NCBI GenBank assembly: GCA_026004595.1
Contig: BPJL01000009.1
Coordinates: forward strand, 1-38,621
Direction: 5' to 3'
From: Patescibacteria group bacterium
GTDB taxonomy: Bacteria > Patescibacteriota > WWE3 > UBA101185 > UBA10185
DNA length: 38,621 nt
The stretch's first letter is position 1. Each line of letters opens with the position of its first letter. Below the pieces are notes generated by a model. The model made no database searches, was not told the origin of the DNA, and worked only from the letters and a program-made list of their open reading frames with translations. Made by a program: the position numbers and the translations under genes. Shown in pieces: positions 31,231-38,621 of this stretch.

Positions 31231-32704
31231 TGAAATCATAAAATACGAACAGGAGATAGATTTGGATGTTCCTGTAGCCGAATTGGACGAGAAACAAATA
31301 AAGAAACAAAAAAACAAAAATGTTGTTTATGTGTCGCAGCTAAATACTACAGGATTTATTTTAGAAGAAATCATTGAGCAAAAAAATGCGGACTATGCGG
31401 ACTATGCGGTCGCACCAGAAACCGCCAAAGAAAAATTCTTGAAGCTAGACAAAGAGACGGGAGAGGTAGAAATAATAGATGAAATAGAAATAGGTGGTAT
31501 ATATTATAGGCCATTAAATTCCAAGTTGGTAGAAAGCCAAACAATCTATTTACCGTCGGGGGTAGAAGAATATGGCTCAACCTCTAAACTTATAAGTGAA
31601 ATATCTGATTATCTCAACTTTTATTTTGATGTAGATGATACAATGAAAAAGATTTTACCAACCTATGTATTGTTTACTTGGGTTTTTGACAAGTTTCCTT
31701 TTGTTCCCTATCTTCACTTCGTAGGGAGAACGGCAACGGGCAAGACCACCGCAGGGGAAACATTAGTATCTATCTGCTACAAAGGGATAGATGCTACTGG
31801 AGCCACCAGTCAGGCGGCTATCTTCAGGGTAGCTGATGAGTGGGGGGGAACAATCTTTTTAGATGAGTTTAACGCCGACGCTAAAGACCAAGAAATGATA
31901 GCTTTCTTAAAAAGCGGGGTTTCGGACAGAGCTGTTTTGAGAGTGGAAGCGGAAGGCAAAAACTTTAAGGTTGTTCCTTATAAGGTGAAATCACCAAAAA
32001 TCTTTACATCTGAAAATGTAATTACAGACGCAGGACTTCAATCAAGGACTTTAACTATCAAAATGGAAGCTTCAAAAAGACTATTACCATTATTTAAGTT
32101 ATCAGATTATTATACTAAAGGACAGGTATTGAGAAATAAACTACTAAAGTGGAGATTAGATAATATATATAATAATAATATAAAGCTTAAAGATATAGAA
32201 TATGGATTTAAAGAATTTATACATCTAGATAGAAGGGTTCAGCAAATTATTACCCCTATTTACTACTTATCAGATGAAGAGGGAAAAATCAGAATACAAG
32301 AATTTGCCAAAGAGCAAGAGATAAAAACAAAGGAGGAGAGACTCTCTAGCGAAGAAGGAAGTGTCTTTAAGTTAATTTATGATTACTATATAGCCAACGG
32401 AGAGAACCCCACCTTAAAGTCGATTACAGAAAGCCTAAACGCACAAAGAGAGGAGCTTGGCTACAAGACAAAAAGAAGTGAAAAGTCAATAGCCTCTATC
32501 GTTAGAACTGTATTAGGATTGCCTATAGTAATGGTAGGACACGACAAAACCAGAACAATTATAGTTGATGATAACAGAGAAAAAGTAGAAGAATTAGTAA
32601 ATTACTACGGGCTCGACAATTCATTGTTGGCGGTGTTTTCAGCGACCGCACAGTCCGCAACGACCGCAACTTTAGAAGATGTAAAAGAGATATTTTCAGA
32701 CTAA
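31220..32704 (+). CDS. replication protein, AAA+/SF3-type helicase-like ATPase (DUF3631-like)
   Basis: PYLHFVGRTATGKT (Walker A), IFLDE (Walker B), LQSR (Arg finger); SD AAGGAGG. Confidence 0.75.
   Translation: MGIDEIIKYEQEIDLDVPVAELDEKQIKKQKNKNVVYVSQLNTTGFILEEIIEQKNADYADYAVAPETAKEKFLKLDKETGEVEIIDEIEIGGIYYRPLNSKLVESQTIYLPSGVEEYGSTSKLISEISDYLNFYFDVDDTMKKILPTYVLFTWVFDKFPFVPYLHFVGRTATGKTTAGETLVSICYKGIDATGATSQAAIFRVADEWGGTIFLDEFNADAKDQEMIAFLKSGVSDRAVLRVEAEGKNFKVVPYKVKSPKIFTSENVITDAGLQSRTLTIKMEASKRLLPLFKLSDYYTKGQVLRNKLLKWRLDNIYNNNIKLKDIEYGFKEFIHLDRRVQQIITPIYYLSDEEGKIRIQEFAKEQEIKTKEERLSSEEGSVFKLIYDYYIANGENPTLKSITESLNAQREELGYKTKRSEKSIASIVRTVLGLPIVMVGHDKTRTIIVDDNREKVEELVNYYGLDNSLLAVFSATAQSATTATLEDVKEIFSD
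31387..31413 (+). repeat. 3x9 bp iteron-like repeat (left set)
   Basis: TGCGGACTA TGCGGACTA TGCGGTCGC. Confidence 0.85.
32642..32668 (-). repeat. 3x9 bp iteron-like repeat (right set, inverted)
   Basis: minus strand reads TGCGGTCGT TGCGGACTG TGCGGTCGC. Confidence 0.85.
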
Positions 32705-32709
32705 AAAAT

Positions 32710-33075
32710 ATGAAAAAAAATAATCCTATAACAATACCAGCAAAATACCAAATCATTTTTGACAAGCTTATGGCAAAACAAAATTACTTTTATCTTGACA
32801 CTTTAGCCTTCTTAATAGCTTGGAGAAACGAAAACAAACTTCAAATTCCGGTGGGAGAAGAATACCTGTTTTCAGGAACCTCAAAAGAGGGAATTTTTAT
32901 CAAGATGATAGTCACTTTAGTAGAAAACCTGTTTGCAGAAAACGAGAATTATCCGTTTGACTCTGACGCAAGAAGACTCGGACACGACTTTGCCAAGTGG
33001 ATTTTAAGGCAACCGCTAAACTTTAGACCGCCTATCAGTATGCACGCAGAAATAGCAAGTCTATGGAAGAACTAA
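32710..33075 (+). CDS. hypothetical protein
   Basis: clean ORF. Confidence 0.6.
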   Translation: MKKNNPITIPAKYQIIFDKLMAKQNYFYLDTLAFLIAWRNENKLQIPVGEEYLFSGTSKEGIFIKMIVTLVENLFAENENYPFDSDARRLGHDFAKWILRQPLNFRPPISMHAEIASLWKN

Positions 33076-33332
33076 TCGGTGAATTACGAGAAGTTTTGGT
33101 TGAGTTCGGCTTCACCCAAAGGTGGGCTGAAATAGAGAAGTGGTGGATGGTGGGAAAGACAATCCACGAGTTTAGCGTTAGACCATCGGACATTCCCACC
33201 CTTGCCGACGAATTAGAAGTTGAGCCCGCAGACCTCTGGGACGCAATTCTTTTTTATAAGAAATATCCCGACCTTACCCTGTTCCCTGAAGGCAAAAATG
33301 CAAGTTGGGATAAAATCCGGGAAAGCCTATGA
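33063..33332 (+). CDS. DUF1016 N-terminal-like helical protein
   Basis: WWMVGKTI..LADEL..FYKKYPD..SW pattern. Confidence 0.55.
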   Translation: MEELIGELREVLVEFGFTQRWAEIEKWWMVGKTIHEFSVRPSDIPTLADELEVEPADLWDAILFYKKYPDLTLFPEGKNASWDKIRESL

Positions 33333-33860
33333 GAAAATGTGCCTACTGCCTAAAGCGTTCAAAATGCCCCTACAAAAAGGGCAAAAAACACTTTTGCTCA
33401 AAGGAGCACAAAACTCTCTATTATGAGAATGATATTAAAACCCTCAAAAAACAAATCCAGATTGAATTTAACAAAATGATTACTGAGAACCAACCTTGTG
33501 CTTACTGTGGAAAAAGGTTTGTAAAGATGGATTGTTCACACATCCTCTCTCGTGGAAGTTGCGACCACTTGAGGTTTGATTACTTAAATGTTTTACCACT
33601 TTGTTCGAGGCATCATGAATTTTTTTTGGCATCAGTCTCCGCTTGAGGCAATAGAATGGTTCAAATCAAAATATCCGGAACGATATGATTACCTCTTATT
33701 TGCCCGAAACCAGTTTAGGGGTTGGACAGTGGAGGAGTTGAAACAAATTAGACAAGATGTTAAAAACAAAAATGTAAAAGGATTGGTCAGGTTTTACAAA
33801 GAATATGAGCTATATTTACTGGAACAAGAAAGGAAAGCTAACCCTTCGCAGGGGAACTAA
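33329..33860 (+). CDS. NinG/Rap-like HNH recombination nuclease (frameshift at T8 ~33620)
   Basis: CAYC..HFCS, PCAYCG, DCSHILSRG..LRFDYLN..LC. Confidence 0.78.
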
Positions 33861-33921
33861 AATCTGGAAGCAAACAACCAGAAAAGACTGGATAAGGATT
33901 TTACACCGAAGACTTAAAAAC

Positions 33922-33961
33922 TTGACAGGAGTATAGTCAATAGGGTATAATACTGTTAATG
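33922..33961 (+). promoter_or_regulatory. early leaderless promoter
   Basis: TTGACA 33922-27, 18 nt, TATAAT 33946-51, ATG 33959. Confidence 0.8.
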
Positions 33962-34132
33962 GACAAAATAACTCCCGAAAAAGTTGAAAGAAACAGGCAG
34001 CTCTACGAAGATTACAAGAGAAAAATGAGTCTTGTTGATCTAGTGACTAAATACCAAATTACTCCCGCTAGAATTTACGAAATCATAAGGAGAGAAAAAA
34101 AGAGGGAAAAACAGGCACAAATTGCCTCTTGA
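33959..34132 (+). CDS. small HTH regulator, Mor/resolvase-HTH-like (57 aa, absent from ORF track)
   Basis: MDKITPEKVERNRQLYEDYKRKMSLVDLVTKYQITPARIYEIIRR... Confidence 0.75.
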   Translation: MDKITPEKVERNRQLYEDYKRKMSLVDLVTKYQITPARIYEIIRREKKREKQAQIAS

Positions 34133-34157
34133 CAAGTGGGTAGAATAGGGATACTAT
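34119..34157 (+). promoter_or_regulatory. early sigma70-type promoter
   Basis: TTGACA 34129-34, 17 nt, TACTAT 34152-57. Confidence 0.72.
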
Positions 34158-34166
34158 AAAACCAAT

Positions 34167-34349
34167 ATGAAGAAAATAAAAGTAGTGAACACCCAAAGAG
34201 AAGACATTGTTTTCCACATTGACCTTTTAGACCACCTTGCCAAAAGAGTAGAAGAATTTTTTGAATTAGATCCCAGAGAAGCCAGAGGATATTTGTCAGA
34301 TTTAAGAGCCAGTCTTAAAAGGTGGAAGAACAAAATTGGATCGAAATGA
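34167..34349 (+). CDS. hypothetical protein
   Basis: first ORF after the promoter. Confidence 0.6.
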   Translation: MKKIKVVNTQREDIVFHIDLLDHLAKRVEEFFELDPREARGYLSDLRASLKRWKNKIGSK

Positions 34350-35341
34350 AAACGAATAGCTGGTCAATTTACAAACTTTGGAACGATAGCGTCTTAGAAG
34401 CCAAAAAACTTAGGGAGAGAAAACGAGAACCCAGAGAAATTTTGTTTGCATCTGAACTTGGCAAATCTTATATCGACCTTTGGTACACACTAAAAGGCGA
34501 AGAACCCACCAACGACTTTACCGAAACCGCACTTCGAAAGTTTGACGCAGGAATAATTTGGGAAAAAGTCTTTGAGACAATTTACAAAAGAATGGGTATT
34601 CTGATTGAAACCCAGAAAAGCCTTAAACTTGAAATGCCAAATTGCCTGCCGGTTTGGGGAAGACTTGACTTCTTAGTTGGGGGAAAACTCGACAAGGAAA
34701 AAGCCAAATCTCAAATTGACGAAATCAAAGACCTGCTCCCCGAAAATGTCTATCAAACCTCGCTTTTAATTCTTGATAAACTTCCGGAAGAATTAAAGGA
34801 AATCGTGCTTGAAATCAAATCCGTATCTTCTTTTATGTTTGAAAAGTATCTCGAAGGAAACAAACCAAATGCAAACCACAGGATACAGATTGCAACCTAC
34901 TTGAAGGGATTGAACCTAGATGAAGGTCACATCCTTTACATCAACAAAGACGACGCAAGACTACTGGAGCTTGGAGTATTTAATCCTTCTTTTGCAACCG
35001 ATGAACTTGAAGCGTTTGTAAAAGGATTTAGCCAATATTGGTTTGCCAACGAAGAACCACCAAAAGAAAAGGAAATCGTATTTGATGAAGAACTAAACAA
35101 GTTTGCCGTGAATTGGAAAATAATTTATAGTCCCTACCTAACTAAGATTTACGGCTACAAAGACCGAACTGAAGTCGAAGACAAATTCAAGCCAATAGTG
35201 GAAAGGTGGAATAGGGTTTTGGGAAGAATTAGAGACGAAAAAGATTTGACCGACAACAACCGAGACGCACTCGAAGAAATGAAAGAATATGGGTTTGATT
35301 TAGAAAAAATTGGAAAGGGGGTGAACAGTGATGGCGTTTAA
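34346..35341 (+). CDS. PD-(D/E)xK (Cas4/lambda-exo-like) exonuclease
   Basis: ASELG, WGRLDF, LEIKS, QIATY, ILYINKDD. Confidence 0.8.
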   Translation: MKTNSWSIYKLWNDSVLEAKKLRERKREPREILFASELGKSYIDLWYTLKGEEPTNDFTETALRKFDAGIIWEKVFETIYKRMGILIETQKSLKLEMPNCLPVWGRLDFLVGGKLDKEKAKSQIDEIKDLLPENVYQTSLLILDKLPEELKEIVLEIKSVSSFMFEKYLEGNKPNANHRIQIATYLKGLNLDEGHILYINKDDARLLELGVFNPSFATDELEAFVKGFSQYWFANEEPPKEKEIVFDEELNKFAVNWKIIYSPYLTKIYGYKDRTEVEDKFKPIVERWNRVLGRIRDEKDLTDNNRDALEEMKEYGFDLEKIGKGVNSDGV

Positions 35342-35696
35342 GAAGTTTGAACCAGAAAGAAACGAGGTTTGGAAGCCTGAAAAGCAAGGAGATATGATTG
35401 AAGGATATTTCGTAAGTAGCAGAAGAGTCCAAACCGTGAATGGTGTTTCAAACCTTTATTCAATTAAAACCGATAAAGAGGTTAAAGATGTCTGGGGGAC
35501 AGCCTTGCTTGATAATTTTTTCCAGAACATTCCTGTGGGTTGCAAAGTAAGACTTACCTATCAGGGAAAAATGAAATCACAAAAAGGTGGTAGAAGCTAC
35601 CACGCCTTTACTTTGGAATATGATCAAGAGGATATTCTAAAAGCAGAGGAAGAAAGCACTGTAACAGATAAAGACATTGAGGAGATTTTCGGCTAG
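35331..35696 (+). CDS. probable single-stranded DNA-binding protein (OB fold)
   Basis: WKPEKQGDMIEG..VWGTALL..LTYQG; acidic tail ending EEIFG. Confidence 0.65.
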   Translation: MAFKKFEPERNEVWKPEKQGDMIEGYFVSSRRVQTVNGVSNLYSIKTDKEVKDVWGTALLDNFFQNIPVGCKVRLTYQGKMKSQKGGRSYHAFTLEYDQEDILKAEEESTVTDKDIEEIFG

Positions 35697-35751
35697 TCTC
35701 CTCACAAGGCGGGTTGGCGGTCAATGCCAGCGAACCCGTCCTGTGAAGAGA
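35697..35751. other. long imperfect hairpin
   Basis: TCTC.TCACA.GGCGGGTT ... AACCCGTC.TGTGA.GAGA. Confidence 0.7.
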
Positions 35752-35756
35752 TTAGA

Positions 35757-35805
35757 AAATTACCACTTGACAAAATTGAAAATAGGGTATAAACTAAAAA
35801 CAATG
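35757..35805 (+). promoter_or_regulatory. early leaderless promoter
   Basis: TTGACA 35767-72, 17 nt, TAAACT 35790-95, ATG 35803. Confidence 0.7.
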
Positions 35806-36035
35806 AAACTAACAAAAGATTTTCAAAATCTAAATTATCTCTCACAAGGAGAGCATTCTCTTGAAGAAGTGTTGAGATTAGCTGGACTTGAAGAAGAAAA
35901 GCCAGAAAACGACGATGGATTTTGCTCGGTTTGTGGAAGTGAGCTAGAGGTGGGGGGAAGACGAAAGTTTTGATGAAGATGGATTAGTGGTTTTACCTTA
36001 TTTGTATTGTCCTAGGTGCAAAGAAAAAAATATGA
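35803..36035 (+). CDS. small Zn-ribbon protein (indels)
   Basis: FCSVCGSEL... and downstream LYCPRC. Confidence 0.5.
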
Positions 36036-36174
36036 GCTTATCAGATATTCTAATTGAAAGTTATAAAAATCTTAACGAAAAGGAAAAAAAAGAGAAATGG
36101 TTGAGAGAATGAAAAAAATTACTTTTTGAAATTAATGTTTTCTTAAATGTTTTGGAATTGGAGGAACAAGGAAA

Positions 36175-36428
36175 ATGGGCTGGCTAAGAATTAGTGAATT
36201 AGCCAAAAAATACGGAGTTTCTTACCGCACACTTTATCGGTTTTTGTGCATAAGTATGGTATGCCTTCAAAGAAGGCTTTAATGTTGGTTGAATATGTTG
36301 GAAGCGGTGGAAAATTTGACAAAGAGGTAAAAAAAAGAAAACAAAAAAGAGAGGTTTTGATGGTCAGGGAAGAGGATTGGCTTGATGTTCCGACTTTTTT
36401 AAGAAAAAAAATACGAAAAAAAATGATA
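36175..36428 (+). CDS. small HTH DNA-binding protein (indels)
   Basis: MGWLRISELAKKYGVSYRTLYRF; SD GGAGG upstream. Confidence 0.6.
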
Positions 36429-36963
36429 ACCGAAAACAGACAGCTTAACACAATTCTCACTAGATTTTTGACAGCTCTTGTTATTGTTTTAGTTTTTGGG
36501 ATTGTAGATGTTCAAAGAGACAAGGAAGTTGCCCAAGCCGTATCTAATGTGATTGAGACGCCGAAACCCACCCCAGAATTGATTACAGAAGCCCAGAAGA
36601 CTAATGTAGATGTTGTAGAGGGTAAAATCAGAAAAGGAAAAAAATTGAAGAATACATCAGGGAAAAATTTGGAAAAGATGCCGACAAAGCTTTTTTGCTT
36701 TTGAGTGGAAATGAAAACTGCGGTGGGGAAAACCCCAGACTCGATCAAAGAGCCGTGAATATCAATAAGGACGGTTCAAAGGATTTTGGAATTTTCCAAA
36801 TAAATGATAAATATCACCCGGTTTATAGGCTTAATCTACATACCGATCTGGAGAGCAAACATTGACTATGCCTACCGGATGTTCGTTAACGATGCAGACT
36901 ATACCTTTCACTCGGAGGTGGGCAACTGCAAAATGCCTTTTGAGGCACGGAATAAAAATTTAA
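36423..36963 (+). CDS. membrane-anchored lysozyme-like / lytic transglycosylase (indels; end approximate)
   Basis: N-terminal TM; AVNINKDGSKDFGIFQIND and NIDYAY read across frames. Confidence 0.7.
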
Positions 36964-36978
36964 AAAAAGAAGATAAAA

Positions 36979-37197
36979 ATGAAAAGAGAAAAACAAACAT
37001 CATTAAAAGACACTCAAAAAAAACAGATATGTTATATTTGTGGTGAAAAAGAAGAGGAATTAGAGTATCGTGGCTGGTATTCTAAAAACGGAAAAGTCAT
37101 ATGCTATGATTGCCACGAATGCCGTTTACTAGAAAAAAATGAAAATAAACTTAACCGAAAACATAACCAAACAAAAAAAAATCTCAACAAGCGATAA
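36979..37197 (+). CDS. small Zn-finger protein
   Basis: CYIC...CYDC. Confidence 0.5.
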   Translation: MKREKQTSLKDTQKKQICYICGEKEEELEYRGWYSKNGKVICYDCHECRLLEKNENKLNRKHNQTKKNLNKR

Positions 37198-37550
37198 AAA
37201 GTATTCAAGTGAGATAAAGACAATGAACTTTTGTGTTCAGAACCGAAAATTAGACAATGATGAGGGAAGCAGATGGTCTGCACGGGACAGAAAGTTGAAA
37301 TTAAGGTGAATGGTAAAACTTATAAAGCTACGATCCAGTAATTTTTCAGTTGGCGGGGGACATATAATTTTTATATTACGGAGGAAAAAATGAAAAAACA
37401 AGACCTTGAAAAACTTAAACATATTTTTTTCGAGAAGTTGGAGCGAAAAAACGGGGTGGGGAAAAGAAGAAGTCAAGAAGCTTTGGCTGGAAGCCGTTAT
37501 TGAGTTTTTAGTTGGAGGAGGAAGAAAAATGAAAAGAAGGGGGTGAAATT

Positions 37551-37910
37551 ATGTCAGATTTAATAGACAAAGACAAAATAGAAAAACTAGTTGTTGACGC
37601 AATTAGCAGATACCTTGATGAGGATTATTTAAGGGGCTTTATTGCGAAAGTGGTTTCAAGTGCCCTCAACGATAGGGCAGACTATTATGGCAACGAAACA
37701 GTAATTGAAAAAAAGTTGAAAGAAAAAGTTAGGGAAATAGCAATGCAAGAGTTGGAGAAGGAGCTGGATAAAAATAAAGAGCGGATTAGGAAGGCAGTAA
37801 AAAAGATTTTAGAGGAAAAGGGGTTGGACATTATTATAGAGAGAATTTCAAGATCGTCAGCTCAAAAAATAGCGGAAGCAATACAGATAGAGGCGTGGCT
37901 GGAGGAGTAA
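37551..37910 (+). CDS. hypothetical helical protein
   Basis: SD GGGGGTGA; clean ORF. Confidence 0.65.
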   Translation: MSDLIDKDKIEKLVVDAISRYLDEDYLRGFIAKVVSSALNDRADYYGNETVIEKKLKEKVREIAMQELEKELDKNKERIRKAVKKILEEKGLDIIIERISRSSAQKIAEAIQIEAWLEE

Positions 37911-37917
37911 TAGAAAT

Positions 37918-38190
37918 ATGAAAGTTTATAGAATTTATGAGCCATATCATGAAAGTTCCGAGAGCGGAACTGTTGATTATGGAATTTTCTCAAGCAAAGA
38001 CAAGGCAATTGAGGTGCTGAAAAAGATTTGTAAAGAAAAAAGAAAAAAAAACGGAAAGCGTTGGAATTTTTGCAAGAGAGGAAGGTTGCCATATCTGTTT
38101 TATTTGGCTTGGGATGAATCTCGTTGTGTTTATATCAAAGAGTATGATTTAGACAAAGAAATCTTGGAAGATATAGTTGGTTATACATAA
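37918..38190 (+). CDS. hypothetical protein
   Basis: MKVYRI...GIFSSKDKA pattern common in small phage early genes. Confidence 0.6.
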   Translation: MKVYRIYEPYHESSESGTVDYGIFSSKDKAIEVLKKICKEKRKKNGKRWNFCKRGRLPYLFYLAWDESRCVYIKEYDLDKEILEDIVGYT

Positions 38191-38621
38191 AGAACTAGAG
38201 GAAGAGAGAAAAATGAAAAAAAAATTACTGAGGTAAAAGTTAAACACTATTTTAGGTTGGTTTGTGCTGATTGTGGGCAAGACCTTGGTGCGATAGAACC
38301 TAATTTTTTTGGGTCTGATTCTCAAATTTTTTTAATTTTAGATAAAGAATGTTTTAATTGTCACGGTAAGAATTTAGAAGTGCTTGTTTCTAGCTTAAGA
38401 TTAAAGAAGTGAAAATCAACATATCCGAAAACACAATTAAAGAATACAAAATTTCAACAAGCGATTATAAATATTCTGTTGAATTGAAAATCACTGATGA
38501 TTTTATAGAAATTAACAACAACTATGGAGAAGGATTTGTTTTTCAAAACATCAAAGACGAAAAAACTATTGCTAAATGGAAAAAAATTATTGGGCTTATC
38601 AACGAGGCTATAAAGATAGCT

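Noticed and set aside
34346..35341. CRISPR-Cas system (Cas4-like nuclease, TnpB as Cas12)
   Set aside because: No repeat-spacer array or cas1/cas2 is visible; the nuclease sits beside an SSB as a recombination module.
82..38092. Minus-strand ORFs in the track
   Set aside because: All are shadows of + strand genes, F/S/L-rich, with no recognisable motifs.
1..38621. Alternative genetic code (TGA or TAG recoding) explaining fragmented ORFs
   Set aside because: Fragments continue in different frames rather than through in-frame stops, and TGA, TAG and TAA all end clean genes.
1..38621. Terminal repeats or prophage att sites
   Set aside because: The two ends share no visible overlap, and there is no integrase or host gene; completeness and lifestyle cannot be established.

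Overview
The window is a near-complete (38.6 kb) genome of a short-tailed (podovirus-type) dsDNA phage with all credible genes on the + strand. Gene order: small early ORFs and a Holliday junction resolvase; terminase small subunit; ParB-fused DNA methyltransferase; a terminase large subunit split into ATPase and nuclease genes around a RyR-domain gene; portal, scaffold and DUF5309-type capsid; a ~6 kb glycosyltransferase/cytidylyltransferase cluster interrupted by a tnpB gene with its omegaRNA/right end; adaptor, nozzle, ejection proteins and tail fibre; lysis genes; HNH and metallophosphoesterase; then an early/replication region (AAA+ helicase-like, NinG, Mor-like HTH, PD-(D/E)xK exonuclease, SSB, lysozyme-like). 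I see no integrase, polymerase, tRNA or CRISPR array. Many genes are broken by single-base indels, best explained as sequencing error, so several boundaries are reconstructed by eye. The strongest unannotated signals are: six copies of an exactly spaced leaderless late promoter (TTGAAAACC-N15-CATAAT-N6-ATG); a ~100 nt doubly pseudoknotted leader on the capsid gene; two convergent 3x9 bp iteron sets inside the helicase gene; a separate early promoter/operator motif; a ~255 nt structured intergenic RNA; and an orphan IS605 right end. Family calls come from motif recognition, not database searches.
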